Assembly (NCBI RefSeq): GCF_001194135.2
Contig: NC_068993.1
Location: 36,002,999-36,066,998, forward strand
DNA: 64,000 bases
Direction of reading: 5' to 3'
DNA from: Octopus bimaculoides
Taxonomy: Eukaryota
Position 1 is the first letter of the stretch; each line of letters begins with the position of its first letter. Below the pieces are notes generated by a model, which saw only the letters and a program-made list of their open reading frames with translations, did not search any database and was not told where the DNA came from. Positions 38,400 to 52,137 of the stretch are shown in pieces. A program made the position numbers and the translations under genes.

Positions 38400-39585
38400 A
38401 GGCCTGCTAGTATGTCATTGTATATGGAATTACTGGGCTTTTTGTATGTCTTGGTGATGGCGCTTGTGAGGAGTCTTGAATGTGTGGAAGTGTTTGATTC
38501 ATCAATATCTTTTGTTTTGTCTGCGATGATGTGTAGATTGTGTGATTGTTTAATACTGGTCATATAGTAATTTAAGGATTTAAGGAAGGAGTTACAATAA
38601 TGCCGAAACCTTACCTGCTTTACAATGTTCCATAAGTCAGTCTCGAAGTTCGCAAGGTCTTTCATACGCGCGGGGCACTGTCGGGATTTGAAGCTAAACT
38701 TATCCGCAGATGCAGTAGTGGAAGGGTTTTCATAGAAGAAAGCTTTCCAGAGCATTCGTTTGATGACGCGTTCGGTCTTCTCTGTGAATCGTATCAAGTA
38801 GATTTTCCTTAGAAGTATTTGGATATTTCTTAGCGAGTACGGTAATGGTTGTCTCTATTGCAAACTGTTGGTCAGACGTTCGTGAATGGCGCTCAACAGA
38901 GTTTGGAGCAATTGTACGAAGACAAACGAAAGAAGGACACTCAACACATATATGTATCAAAACAGTTTGATTCAAGCTCCTTGGTACTCTGAGTTTCAAG
39001 CGTGTCGCTAGTCATCGGCCATTGAGTCTGAATGAGAGTTCGATTCAAGAGAGTCGATGTTTACTACTGGACATTAGCCTGCGATTAGGCGAGAAAGGTC
39101 ACGTGATGTCGTAGTTTGATGTTAGTATATCAGCGATAACAATTATTTGGAAAATACCGCATGGTGAACAGGAAGTCGACCGTGTGGTGAACAGGAAATC
39201 AGCCGCGTGGCCGCGGGAAGTTGGAAGGGGCAGTAGATGTGGGAGTATATATGTATATATGTATATGTGTATATGTGTATATGACCATATATCTATGCGT
39301 ATGCATCCGTACTTATACGAGTGTGTATGTATGTGTAGATGTGCATTCACACAACCGCGCGCGCGCACACACAAACACATACACACGAGCGCGCACATAC
39401 ACACGCGAACGCGCGCACATACACACGCGAACGCGCGCACATACACGCGCGAACGCGCGCACACATAAGCACACACATACACACACGCACACGAGCATCT
39501 ACACACGCGGGTACGCACATACAAGTGTGCACGTGTACATACATCAACACGTACGGGTGCACACGTATATGGGCGTGCACATGCG
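38400..39585 (-). mobile_element. Penelope-like element, inverted segment: terminal repeat, 5' UTR with hammerhead, and ORF N-terminus
   Basis: Minus frame YSLRNIQI..IRFTEKTERVIKRMLWKAFF..FKSRQCP..FETDL..IADKT..ITKTYKK resembles PLE ORF N-termini; about 39270-39585 is an inverted copy of about 40960-41200. Confidence 0.78.
38977..39026 (-). ncRNA. Type I hammerhead motif (CCGAUGA core variant) in the PLE 5' region
   Basis: Minus: CUCAAUGG-CCGAUGA-CU-AGCG-ACA-CGCU-U-GAAAC-UCAGA-GUA-CCAAGGAG. Stem I has a 2x2 internal loop; stem III is the near-palindrome ACUC-A-GAGU. Confidence 0.55.
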
Positions 39586-39589
39586 CCTC

Positions 39590-41195
39590 AAGTGACGTAG
39601 CCATCTACATAGGTCGGCCCTCTATAGGAACGATGGACTAGCTATCTCAAGCCATATGACAAGCTCAGGAAGAACGTGATAAACATATTCAAAGAGCTCG
39701 GCCTGTCCATGATGATTACTACCAACCTGACTACGATCGATTTCTTTGAAGTAACCTTAGAACTGAAGACGGGCAAATACTACCCCTACAAGAAACCGAA
39801 TGAAGAAGCGGTATATATCCACAAGAGTTCAAACCACCACCACCACCACCGCTGTAATTAGAAACATGGTTGCAAGCATTAGCAAACGATTATCTAGTCT
39901 CTCGGCCAATAGCAAGATCTTTAATAGGGCAGCCCCTACCCCACTACAATGATGCTTTGGCTAGGAACAGATTTTCTGAGAAGCTCACGTATGCGGACGA
40001 ACCCCAAACCCCTCTCGTCACCCCAAGAGAATTAGGAAAAGGAAAATAATCTGGTATAACACCTTATTTAAGCTAGTAGTTTCTACCAACATAGCCAGAA
40101 ATATTTCCCCAGAGGCCGTAAATATTACAAACTCCTCAAACTCCATAATGTCAAGATAAGCTACTCCTGCCTAGACAACATCACATCTAATATCGCACGC
40201 ATCAACAAACGTGAAAACGCGCCCACACAACTCTCGATCCCAACCTGCAACAGTCGAAATCCTACCACCTACCCTCCAGGAAGATCCTGCCCCTCAAGGG
40301 CTGTAGTATACAGAGCCACTCTTACAGCATTCGATAGCATTACTAGGCACTATACAGGAATGACAGCCAATGGTTTCAAGGGAAGTTACTCCCAACACTT
40401 GCATTCATTTAGATCCAGGGACAACGTAAAATCTACTTCTCTGTTGTGCTCTCCCGGGAGGCTTCGTGACCTCCAAGACGAAACACCCTGCATCAAGAGG
40501 ATATTGTCGACGGAGCGCCACCATATTCACCCTGCGCCCCTAATTGCCAGTTGTGCCTCCAAGAAAAACTTCATTTCATCTACCAACCCGCAGTATCCAT
40601 CAACAAGAAATATGAGGTAATGTATTGCTGTCACTAGAGGTACACTTTTCTGATAAACTTCAAGCCACTGGCCGCCCACAACCTGGATAGATATACCTCC
40701 TTAGTACCCACCACCTCTAGCACCGCCTGTACCAAGGTCACCATCACAAACTAACCCCCAAGAACAGTAAGGCAAATCACCAATTTCCAACACTCTTTTA
40801 TGCCTGTCTACCCGCATACTCTTACTCCTTGTACATCACCCTTTGTACATAACCGCACGAGTATATATGCACGTGCACGCGCATATGCGTGAGTGCACGT
40901 ATCCATCTGCTCACCGTACGCATGCGCACGGGTGTATGTGCACTGGTGTACATGTACGTGCATGTGCGCCCATATACATGTGCACCCGTGCGTATCTATG
41001 TATGTACATGTGCACACTTGCGTGCTCGAGCCCGCGTGTGCAGGTGCTCGTGTACATATATACATGGAGGCAAAAGTGTGCACGCGCGCGCGTGCGTGTG
41101 TGTGCGCTCGCTCGGATGGGTGAATGTACATCTACACACACATACACGCCCGCATAAGTACGGTCGCATAGTCGCAGATATATGGACATATACAT

Positions 41196-41265
<70 letters not shown>
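39590..41265 (+). mobile_element. Penelope-like element 3' half: RT motifs 5-7, thumb, GIY-YIG endonuclease pseudogene (to about 40703) and 3' repeat
   Basis: LYRNDGLAI (YRDD decayed, 39623-39634), IDFFEVTL, PYKKPNE..YIHKSSNH, ISKRLSSLS, RKIIWYN, KISYSC, VVY (40303-40311), YTGMT (from 40351), CQLCL (from 40545). Confidence 0.88.
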
Positions 41266-42012
41266 NNNNNNNNNNNNNNNNNNNNNNNNNNNNNNNNNNN
41301 NNNNNNNNNNNNNNNNNNNNNNNNNNNNNNNNNNNNNNNNNNNNNNNNNNNNNNNNNNNNNNNNNNNNNNNNNNNNNNNNNNNNNNNNNNNNNNNNNNNN
41401 NNNNNNNNNNNNNNNNNNNNNNNNNNNNNNNNNNNNNNNNNNNNNNNNNNNNNNNNNNNNNNNNNNNNNNNNNNNNNNNNNNNNNNNNNNNNNNNNNNNN
41501 NNNNNNNNNNNNNNNNNNNNNNNNNNNNNNNNNNNNNNNNNNNNNNNNNNNNNNNNNNNNNNNNNNNNNNNNNNNNNNNNNNNNNNNNNNNNNNNNNNNN
41601 NNNNNNNNNNNNNNNNNNNNNNNNNNNNNNNNNNNNNNNNNNNNNNNNNNNNNNNNNNNNNNNNNNNNNNNNNNNNNNNNNNNNNNNNNNNNNNNNNNNN
41701 NNNNNNNNNNNNNNNNNNNNNNNNNNNNNNNNNNNNNNNNNNNNNNNNNNNNNNNNNNNNNNNNNNNNNNNNNNNNNNNNNNNNNNNNNNNNNNNNNNNN
41801 NNNNNNNNNNNNNNNNNNNNNNNNNNNNNNNNNNNNNNNNNNNNNNNNNNNNNNNNNNNNNNNNNNNNNNNNNNNNNNNNNNNNNNNNNNNNNNNNNNNN
41901 NNNNNNNNNNNNNNNNNNNNNNNNNNNNNNNNNNNNNNNNNNNNNNNNNNNNNNNNNNNNNNNNNNNNNNNNNNNNNNNNNNNNNNNNNNNNNNNNNNNN
42001 NNNNNNNNNNNN

Positions 42013-42048
<36 letters not shown>

Positions 42049-42514
42049 TGTGTGTGTGTAGGTATTGGAAAGTTTCTCTCAAACACTATCTGCTCGAAAT
42101 GTAAGACAAATTGCGATCACAATTGATTTAGCAATAACGATCTAATTAGTTAAACTTATTTGATGAGAAGAGGAAAGCACTAAATTAATGCGTAATAACA
42201 TATTAATCTGGTTTTGATAAGTACGGTGGAATTTCTGAAGTGTTTTGGTGTAATTAGACCTTCTCAACAAAACAAAGCCGACGCCTTACTTGCCAGATTA
42301 GAGGTAGGACAATTGTTATATTGGTGTGTATTAACGTACGTGAGTAGACGTCAAAAATTGTCGAAATATTTGGGGATATATTCACACATATCCATATATA
42401 CAACTATAGATGAGCATCTGCATGTGTATGTGTCCATGTGTGTGTGCGCTCAAATACCTATGTATATATACACATATATATGCACTCAAATACATATATA
42501 TATGTACACATATA

Positions 42515-42557
<43 letters not shown>

Positions 42558-43809
42558 NNNNNNNNNNNNNNNNNNNNNNNNNNNNNNNNNNNNNNNNNNN
42601 NNNNNNNNNNNNNNNNNNNNNNNNNNNNNNNNNNNNNNNNNNNNNNNNNNNNNNNNNNNNNNNNNNNNNNNNNNNNNNNNNNNNNNNNNNNNNNNNNNNN
42701 NNNNNNNNNNNNNNNNNNNNNNNNNNNNNNNNNNNNNNNNNNNNNNNNNNNNNNNNNNNNNNNNNNNNNNNNNNNNNNNNNNNNNNNNNNNNNNNNNNNN
42801 NNNNNNNNNNNNNNNNNNNNNNNNNNNNNNNNNNNNNNNNNNNNNNNNNNNNNNNNNNNNNNNNNNNNNNNNNNNNNNNNNNNNNNNNNNNNNNNNNNNN
42901 NNNNNNNNNNNNNNNNNNNNNNNNNNNNNNNNNNNNNNNNNNNNNNNNNNNNNNNNNNNNNNNNNNNNNNNNNNNNNNNNNNNNNNNNNNNNNNNNNNNN
43001 NNNNNNNNNNNNNNNNNNNNNNNNNNNNNNNNNNNNNNNNNNNNNNNNNNNNNNNNNNNNNNNNNNNNNNNNNNNNNNNNNNNNNNNNNNNNNNNNNNNN
43101 NNNNNNNNNNNNNNNNNNNNNNNNNNNNNNNNNNNNNNNNNNNNNNNNNNNNNNNNNNNNNNNNNNNNNNNNNNNNNNNNNNNNNNNNNNNNNNNNNNNN
43201 NNNNNNNNNNNNNNNNNNNNNNNNNNNNNNNNNNNNNNNNNNNNNNNNNNNNNNNNNNNNNNNNNNNNNNNNNNNNNNNNNNNNNNNNNNNNNNNNNNNN
43301 NNNNNNNNNNNNNNNNNNNNNNNNNNNNNNNNNNNNNNNNNNNNNNNNNNNNNNNNNNNNNNNNNNNNNNNNNNNNNNNNNNNNNNNNNNNNNNNNNNNN
43401 NNNNNNNNNNNNNNNNNNNNNNNNNNNNNNNNNNNNNNNNNNNTATATATATATATATATGCATATGTAAGTATATATATATATATATATGAATAGAATC
43501 AAATCAACCTTATTTCGAGGTGTACGGATAACATCGGACTGATTATGGATTCCGTTTCTCGCACGATCCGTTGTTTCAGGTGACAATGGAGATGAATTTC
43601 GGATTTGGCTGTACTGGAGTTCAAACACGATGGATCACACATTTTTACTTATCTCATCAGGTCATGTACTTTCATCCCCGACATTTACTCGTACCCCCTA
43701 CTGAGTGGTAATTACACATTCATAATGGTCAGAGAGAGAGAGAGAAAGAAAGTCTCTCGTGAAGTTCATTCAGCCACGTTGTAGAGTTATCTTACATCAA
43801 TATTCATCC

Positions 43810-44480
43810 ACTCTAACTATATTCTTGACAGCACCTTCAAGAAGAATTTTGGCGCATTGAAATATCTCACGAACAACAACGTTTATGCCAAATTTTTTAT
43901 CAAGAGAAATTTCAAACTTCAAGGCAGAACACTTTTTCTATACTTTCTTTATTGTTTATGATTTTACTCTCTCAGCAGCAAACCAAAACACATCTGTTAT
44001 CTTAAATTCTGTAACAAATTTCTCAACAGGTTTATCTGAACTCATCATATCTAGCATGCGCATCGCAAAAAAATATGCAGTATTCTTTGGATTACAGGCT
44101 GGATAAAGGATGCATAGTTTGAAGGTAAATACGCTGCGTATATTTTATTCTCATATAACATTTCTATTCTGGTGAAACCTGAACAGCTGTCCACAACATG
44201 AAGAATTCTACAGTTTTCAAGGATATCTACCATGTGCAAAGTCCTCGGAAGCCAGAACCCTGTGTAGTCCGGCTTCCAGTACAAAATAGTTTCCAGATTA
44301 CTCAATAATGGTCTTGTTTGTACTCCAGCCTTTTTATTTCTACGATATATAACAGAATAACCTTTAACAACTTTCAAGGTGCATTTACCTTTTTTCCTAT
44401 GGTGACATACATACGGAGAATCAGACACCCTTAGATGGGGTGTATCCTTAAATCGTTTAAATCCTATGGATGCCTTTTTA
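43810..44480 (-). pseudogene. Decayed pogo/Tigger-like (DDE_1) transposase fragment
   Basis: ILHVVDSCSG (cf. LLLDNCSAH), YLPSNYASFIQPVIQRIL (cf. LPPNTTSxLQPLDQGII), DVFWFAAERVKS*TIKKV*KK (cf. DAIxWIxxAWxxVxxxTIxxCWxK). Confidence 0.65.
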
Positions 44481-44596
44481 TTTGACATTGATATGGTTCT
44501 CTTTATCGTCGGGGAACATTGCCACAGTACTGCAATTTAATCTGTATTATATACTTGCTCGAAGACGAAGATCTCGTCAGATTCGAGCTTTACAAA

Positions 44597-44900
<304 letters not shown>

Positions 44901-45571
44901 TTTAGTACTCTATAGTCAGTTCTTCGCCACACATTTCAGGCATATGAATTCCATAATGTTTCTTCAACCTTTACAGCTATTCTTGCTCGTAATTTCACTC
45001 TTATTACACTTTTTGTCCTTCATGGTACAACTCAGCCTGTTTCATTACTATGGTACCCGGCAATTCGGGTGCCCCATCACTCCGACTCGTGAAGTCCATG
45101 TAACCAACACTCGATTAAGCTTTGTATTTTCGCCAGTTTTCACATCTTTTCTAATTCTAGTTTACTTCTTAGAATCATTTTCTGTTAAGGATTGAAATAT
45201 TTTCTTCCTTTGTTTTTCAATGTCATACACAATTGGTGAACCAATACTATAAGTCTAACATAGTTTCCGCACCTAAACCCTACAATCCAGTTTTCTCACC
45301 ACTTTCGCCTTCTCTTGCATTGGTTTGAGCTTTCTACCATCCTGGATACCGACACAATACTTGGAAGATAAACGAGACTTGAATTCCGAAAATCACCATA
45401 GCTACAGCAATAATCGACATCAAAACATTCCAAATGACGCGGAACACTGCATGGGGCCACCCAGCAAACAAACTAGTCTGGAGAGTCGCAGAAAATACAA
45501 GTATCCACTCAAAATTATGTCCAGATTAATAATGGTTCCGGACCATCACTTGTCGGGAAATCCGTGATGTA

Positions 45572-45621
45572 CCCCTATCTGGTCTTACTGATGTATTAAC
45601 ATCAGTAAGACCAGATAGGGG
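45572..45621. repeat. Perfect 23-bp inverted repeat with 4-nt spacer
   Basis: CCCCTATCTGGTCTTACTGATGT-ATTA-ACATCAGTAAGACCAGATAGGGG. Confidence 0.95.
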
Positions 45622-46417
45622 AACCTTCTCAACCCTGCGAAACCATTTAATCTTACATCGAACATTTGTTCTGTGAAAATTTTGCGCATCATAATACTCT
45701 CACACATGCAGGCGCGTATGTTGTACGTGTATGTATCTGACTTTCTATGTTCGTGTGTTTGAATCTGTGTGATGATTCATTTCATACATAAATCAGCTTC
45801 TGGATACAATTTTCTAACAGAGAAACCATAAGAAGACGTTCAAACGATATATGCCATGTATTTAATTATTACATGACTGCACTATATTGGTATTATCTGA
45901 AGGAAGCCCTACATTATAATTATGTAATTTATTATGCAATAATCAGTTATTAATGCAGCACCAGTTACATGTAACAAATATACAACAATGTTTATTACAT
46001 ACAGATATAGACGTGGTCATGGCTGTGTAGTTAAGAATGTCCGCTTTGTAACAACGTAGTGTTGAGTTCGATTTCACTGCACGGTAACTTGAGCATTTTT
46101 TTGTTCTAGAGTCCTGGTTTGACCAAAGCCTTGTGGGGTAAATATCATAGAAAAAAATTGTGAAGTTCTGCAGAAGCCTATTCCTGTTCTTCATTATTAG
46201 ATTTAATCTGTGTCCCAGTTTAGCGCGAACGAATACCTCATGGACGTTTTTAATAGTCACACACATACACAATATTTGCAATTGGAGCCTGTGACCAGAT
46301 GTTTCGTTTCCGGCTCATTTTCTTGATATTTTGCTATTGTTTATAGATGGTCGATCGATCTACTTCATCTTGTTGTTGTTTTTGTTGTTGTTTAACTCCA
46401 AGTCAACCCTGAACGAG

Positions 46418-46816
46418 CAGGGGTTTGTTGTTTCCCAACTGTGGCCATTCTGGTTTCCTTTGATCTTTGACTTGGGAGTCCACATACGATTTTTTAGAGG
46501 TCCGTGCAAGTAAAATAGTAAATTAGTTAGAAATAGTAAATTAGTTAGACATAGTAATATATAGACATAGTAATATATTAAGGGTCCATGGAAAAATTTT
46601 AATTGAGATGTATTCATTGGAAAAAAACAAGTTTCTTTCTCTAACATTTTACATAGTTCAACCTACACGCGTTAATGTTTATAAAACAAAATAGGAACTT
46701 TGAAAGAAGTGTCTATAAAACTAGTTTTTAAAACACAGAATTGCTGTAGGGTTCCACCAGAGTAAAATAGTAATCACAGATGTCCATAAGTAAAAAAAAT
46801 GGTTGAGAACCACTTG
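46418..46816 (-). mobile_element. hAT-type MITE, same family as 14718-15035, inverted
   Basis: End GGTTGAGAACCACT; internal match aaaaactagtttta..gttagagaaagaaac; TSD not evident. Confidence 0.7.
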
Positions 46817-47394
46817 CCTAGATCTACAATATCGGATGTCCTATCTTTTTGTTGTTACATTTTTTTTTCAGGACTGTCAATTTATCAAGTCGAGCGACTG
46901 CGTAGTCTCCTTCATTGGCTCGATCCTTAAGTGAGTGTACTGTGCGGCCCATTTAAAGCAGACATTGCAGCCAGGTTATACAGTCTAGACTATACTATTT
47001 CACGATAAGATGCAAATGGTTTTTCTGTTTAATGAAATGAAATCAATATATTTCTATGGTAACGTTATTCCTATCAGTTCTCAACGGTAGAACTTACCCA
47101 GGAGGATGACTTCTTAGAGATGCAGACGAAATTCTATTTACAGAAAATCTCGGTAATAAATATTCTTACATAAACTGATAATAGAAGAACTCTGCTGCGT
47201 AGATGTTTAAAGGAATCGTGGGAAGTCGTCTAGTAGGTAAACGCTTCTTAAACGGATTACGGGATACGATTTCGCATTCTGATTGAAGCCACTTTACGTT
47301 TGCTATGGTAATTTATGATTAACGGCAATTTTTATAGAACTTGAACACCTGACAGCTGTTTTACCTGAGCCGGAAATTTGGGGCCAACCAATAT

Positions 47395-47607
47395 TCTTTT
47401 CTACTCTAGGCACAAGGCCTGAAATTTGGGCGTGCGGGGCACTCGATTAGATCGACCTCAGAACGCAATTGGTGCTTAATTTATCGACCCCGAAAGGATG
47501 AAAGGCAAAGTCGACCTCCGCGGAATTTGAACTCAGATCGTAAAGACAGATGAAATACCGCTAAACATTTCGCCCAGCGTGCTAACGTTTCTGCCAGCTC
47601 GCTGCCT
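47395..47607 (-). mobile_element. tRNA-derived SINE (MetaSINE-like core)
   Basis: atcgaccccgaaaggatgaaaggcaaagtcgacctccgcggaatttgaactcag..gctaacgtttctgccagctcgctgcc. Confidence 0.88.
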
Positions 47608-48206
47608 TTTTTTTTTTTTTGCCGACCAATATTGAGTGCAAAAGGATTAAGATAAACAGAGAGGAAAAATAAAAAGAGAAAGAACAACTTAAAAAGGAAA
47701 ATGGTCTATGTTTGAAGGTTTAAAATTTTAGAAAATAATATTCAGCAAATGTGGTACAGAATATAGGATATTCAAGATATAGCAGTGTATAAGCTATGAC
47801 AGACAATTATCCGGAAAGATAGGGAGTGTCGGATTATGGGTGATAGAAGGAAAATAGGTAGAGGAACCGAACTAAATCTTTAGTTTGGGGACAAAATATT
47901 GTATTCACTGAAAATTTAGACAAAAGTAACCCAATACCTTCTACATGGATGTATAAGTGTGCGTGTGAGTATTTGCGAGTGTGCGTGTGTGCGCGCGCGC
48001 GTGTGTGTGTGTAATACAGGTGTCTTTATTCATGAGATTATGATGTCTGCGAATCATAAAATATACTCAAAGCGTTTATTGGCAGCATGTAGGAGTTTTA
48101 TTTCAGAAATTACAACTTTCAAGATGCTTTGTCTGTAGAACAGCTCAGATGGATTCAGATTCTTTACACTGTATAAATGTAAAAGACTGTAAAAGACCAT
48201 TGCAAT

Positions 48207-48246
<40 letters not shown>

Positions 48247-49409
48247 NNNNNNNNNNNNNNNNNNNNNNNNNNNNNNNNNNNNNNNNNNNNNNNNNNNNNN
48301 NNNNNNNNNNNNNNNNNNNNNNNNNNNNNNNNNNNNNNNNNNNNNNNNNNNNNNNNNNNNNNNNNNNNNNNNNNNNNNNNNNNNNNNNNNNNNNNNNNNN
48401 NNNNNNNNNNNNNNNNNNNNNNNNNNNNNNNNNNNNNNNNNNNNNNNNNNNNNNNNNNNNNNNNNNNNNNNNNNNNNNNNNNNNNNNNNNNNNNNNNNNN
48501 NNNNNNNNNNNNNNNNNNNNNNNNNNNNNNNNNNNNNNNNNNNNNNNNNNNNNNNNNNNNNNNNNNNNNNNNNNNNNNNNNNNNNNNNNNNNNNNNNNNN
48601 NNNNNNNTATATATATGACGGGCTTCTTTCATTTTCCATCTACCAAATCCACTCACAAGGCTTTGGTCGGTCCGAGGCTACAGTAGAAGACACTTGCCCA
48701 AGGTGCCATACAGTGGGACTGAACCCGGACCATGTTGTTAAAAGGCAAGCTTCTTACCACGCAGCCTTGCAACTGCTATATATTGTGTGACTAAACTGGT
48801 CGCTGTTTTTATTTCAGTCGCTGACAAAGTGAATACTCACCGGAACAGCTCATTTTCCTACCAATCAACTTGTGTTTAATATTCTATATTTTTCTAGTAT
48901 GTTGTATACCTGCAGTCCATTCTTTTCCTTGTTTGTTTTCTCAGTTCACATCATCATTTAGTCATAACCCCAACTACCTACTAAGTTGTTGTGCACACTC
49001 AGTTATAAAATTTTTCATGTAGTTGAATTACGATAGCCCTACCTAAGTTCATGAACGCGTTAAAATTGCTTTGTGCCAAACGACAAAAGATATGGTAACA
49101 GAACTGGCTTCGTGTTGAATGTGTGATGGCAGTTATTGTAAGGTCTCGTATAATTTCAGTTCTTTGTTTTTTTCAATTTGGTTTGCTTTTACTTCTTTTT
49201 TTCTCTCTTCTTTTGGCGATACAATTAAAAGGAGAATACTTGTTAATTTTAACCGGAATTACAGTCATTTCCAGAACGCGTAAACTTTTAAATGCCAGTT
49301 AATTACTTGAACAACTGCAATTAATTACTATAATTTTTACACATATTGACAAAAGAATGACAAAACGATGTAGCATTCTAGTATAAATTCGCCACCCTGG
49401 TAATATTAA

Positions 49410-49464
49410 TAAGATGTTGTTGTTGTTCTTATTGTTGTTGCTACTGCTGTTATTGTTGTTGTTG

Positions 49465-49495
<31 letters not shown>

Positions 49496-49543
49496 TGTTG
49501 TTGTTCCTGTTGTTGGTGGTGATGGTGGAGCTGGTGCTGGTGC

Positions 49544-49575
<32 letters not shown>

Positions 49576-49640
49576 GTGGTGGTGCTGGTGCTGGTGCTGG
49601 TAGTGCTGATGCTGTTGGAGCTGTGTTGCTGGTGATGAGG
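49410..49640. repeat. Mixed trinucleotide microsatellite (GTT/GCT/GAT/GGT)
   Basis: Visible runs. Confidence 0.9.
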
Positions 49641-50897
49641 GTGGTTTTCGTTGCTATTGCTTAGTCCTAGGTCTGCCCGACTAGGTAGATCTATTATCAA
49701 AAGCATTTTAACCATGACCATCCCGTCTGTTAGTATATTAGTAAAGAGAACATACTGGACACAGTCCACTATGTTCTTTTTTCTTCTTAATACACTAAGA
49801 TGTAATTGAGGGAAAAGTTTACTCAATGTTTGTCGGTAGCGGCCAGAATTTTATTTCAACAATTACTGAGATCTTTCAAGATGTTTCATCAAGAGCTCAG
49901 CACAGCTATATCCCGGTTTTTTCACAATAAACATTAAAAATGTGACATCTTTCAGATTGCAAAAAAACCATTGGAATAACACACACACACACACACACTC
50001 ACAGAGAATTTCTAACAGTCCGAAAGACTGACTACAGATTTTGTTGCTTTGGGAGGGCCATTATGCCAATAAACACACGCACACTCGTTCGATTTTATTT
50101 CCTTTATTATTAGTCAATTGGTTAATCCTTTAAATAATTAACTCATCGATTGTTTGACTAATCGTTCGGTTAATCAACCAATGAGTTTTGTTTGTTAAAT
50201 GTCATTCGCGACTTCATCATTGACATTCCTTCTCTACCTTAGATTTATTTCAGGTTTGATTATAGGATTTCTATTCTGCTGTGGTCTGATGTAAAATGGA
50301 GGAATTTGAAGATGATACAAATGTACAGATAAGAAATTTTTGTCATTCGTACCAATCTTGAATCTGGAGTATGACATTTCATACCCAATCGGCCTCACTG
50401 GTTCAACTGAATAAGTAACCAACATTTCACGAGCTATTCACAAGGCAACGAATGTCATTTACTCATTGCAAAGTGAGCAGCTATTTCCACAGCAATGAAT
50501 GTCATTTATTCATGGCTAAATCATTTCCATAGAACACTGGGGTTGAACTTCAGACGTTTTCAAAGATTCTTTTTTCAAAAACAGAATGAACACAGCGACT
50601 CACAATTGATTTCTAATTAAAATAAATCAATTTCTAACTAATATAGTTTTATATTTGTTTTCTTATACCTAAACGTATAAACATGAATTCAAGACGTAAA
50701 GGTATACATTAAATACCACAAAACAGTTTGTCTGTCACTCTACTGACTCTGCCAATCTACTACCTTGCATAAGTCAAAACCCTTGTGGAGGGTGGGTTGG
50801 AACCTCACTGCGTGGTACCATGAGCAAGTGTCTTCTATAACCTCAGGTTCATCAAAGCCTTGCAAGTAGATCTGGTAAACGGAAACTGAGAGTCCCC

Positions 50898-50963
<66 letters not shown>

Positions 50964-51769
50964 GCGTGCGTGTGTTTCACCACCAATTGATAATTACTGT
51001 TGGTTTGTTTATATCCCTGTAACCTAGCGGTTGGGAAAAAGTAAAGCGATAGAATAAGTCGCTGACTTAAAAAAAAAACATAGCTACTGGAGTTGATCCG
51101 TTCGATTAAATCTCTTCAAGGTGGTGCCCCAGCACGGCCGCAATGCAATGTCTGAAACAAGTGAAAGATAAGAAATGAAGAGTTAACCCCGAAACATCTG
51201 AATCTCTTTTTTTTTTCCTGCGACATACGACCTTATCCAAACTCATGAACTTCACAATAAATCGAAATATTGGTAGGATAAGTGAAGACTTTAATTACTT
51301 TCGTTACATATTAACTTGCAGTTTATGATTTATCGTTTGTAGTGGCTCTTTGTTTGGTAAGTGCCATGCATAATAACAATATGTTTCGCTTTGTGAATAC
51401 TAAACTATATTATCTTATTATCGGCTACCAACGATAAACTAATACAAAACGATAATAATATAAACGACAATCTTACTTAAAATTTATTATTCAAATGAAA
51501 TTTACATTGTAATAAAATGTCAGGCAGTTCATCGATGCTTTAGTTCTCTTTCACCAGACACTCTACTTCCGGTGTGAGAACAAAGAAATGTCTGCAGATT
51601 CCAGAACCATTTTCACAGTATAAAAATATCGCTGCTTTCTGCAGTGTTGTTATCTTGTCTGTAAAACGGTTCAGGTTGATCTATTTTCAGTTTCTTACAA
51701 ATCTAAATACTATTCTATCTACTGCACAATTGAATTCAATTTTATCATCATTTCCATTTTATTTTATTC

Positions 51770-51905
51770 TATATTATTCTCTTATTCCAACTATATTGTT
51801 CTCTTGTTCCAACTATTTTATTCTCTTGTTCCAATTATTTTATTTTCTTGTTCCAACTGTTTTATTCTCTTGTTCCAACAATTTTATTCCATTATTCCAA
51901 CTGTT
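51770..51905. repeat. About 22-bp minisatellite, roughly six degenerate copies
   Basis: Unit ttattctcttgttccaactatt repeated with substitutions. Confidence 0.8.
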
Positions 51906-51920
51906 ACTTACGCTCTAGAA

Positions 51921-52137
51921 TAGTATTTCTCAACCAATTTTCTCTTATAGACTCCCTTGATTCCTGTTTCACTCAGATGAACCCTCATAACCATTTGATG
52001 TCTAAAAAATCTTATATCTTTATAATTAAATATCATTAGGAATTGTATTTTAAAAAAATTGTCAAAATATTTAGTGTATTGTAGAAGTATAAGCAATTTA
52101 TTGGATAAAGTTTAACGACTCCGTTTGAGAATCACTG
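51921..52137 (+). mobile_element. hAT (Charlie-like) MITE with 8-bp TSD
   Basis: Termini TAGTATTTCTCAAC and TTTGAGAATCACTG; CTCTAGAA at both 51913-51920 and 52138-52145. Confidence 0.85.

Noticed and set aside
44557-44588. 12-bp bulged hairpin containing CUGACGA on the minus strand
   Set aside because: No GAAA half-core; the short hairpin has no assignable function.
51770-51905. Regularly spaced repeats as a CRISPR-like array
   Set aside because: Contiguous tandem units without unique spacers, in a eukaryotic genome with no cas genes.
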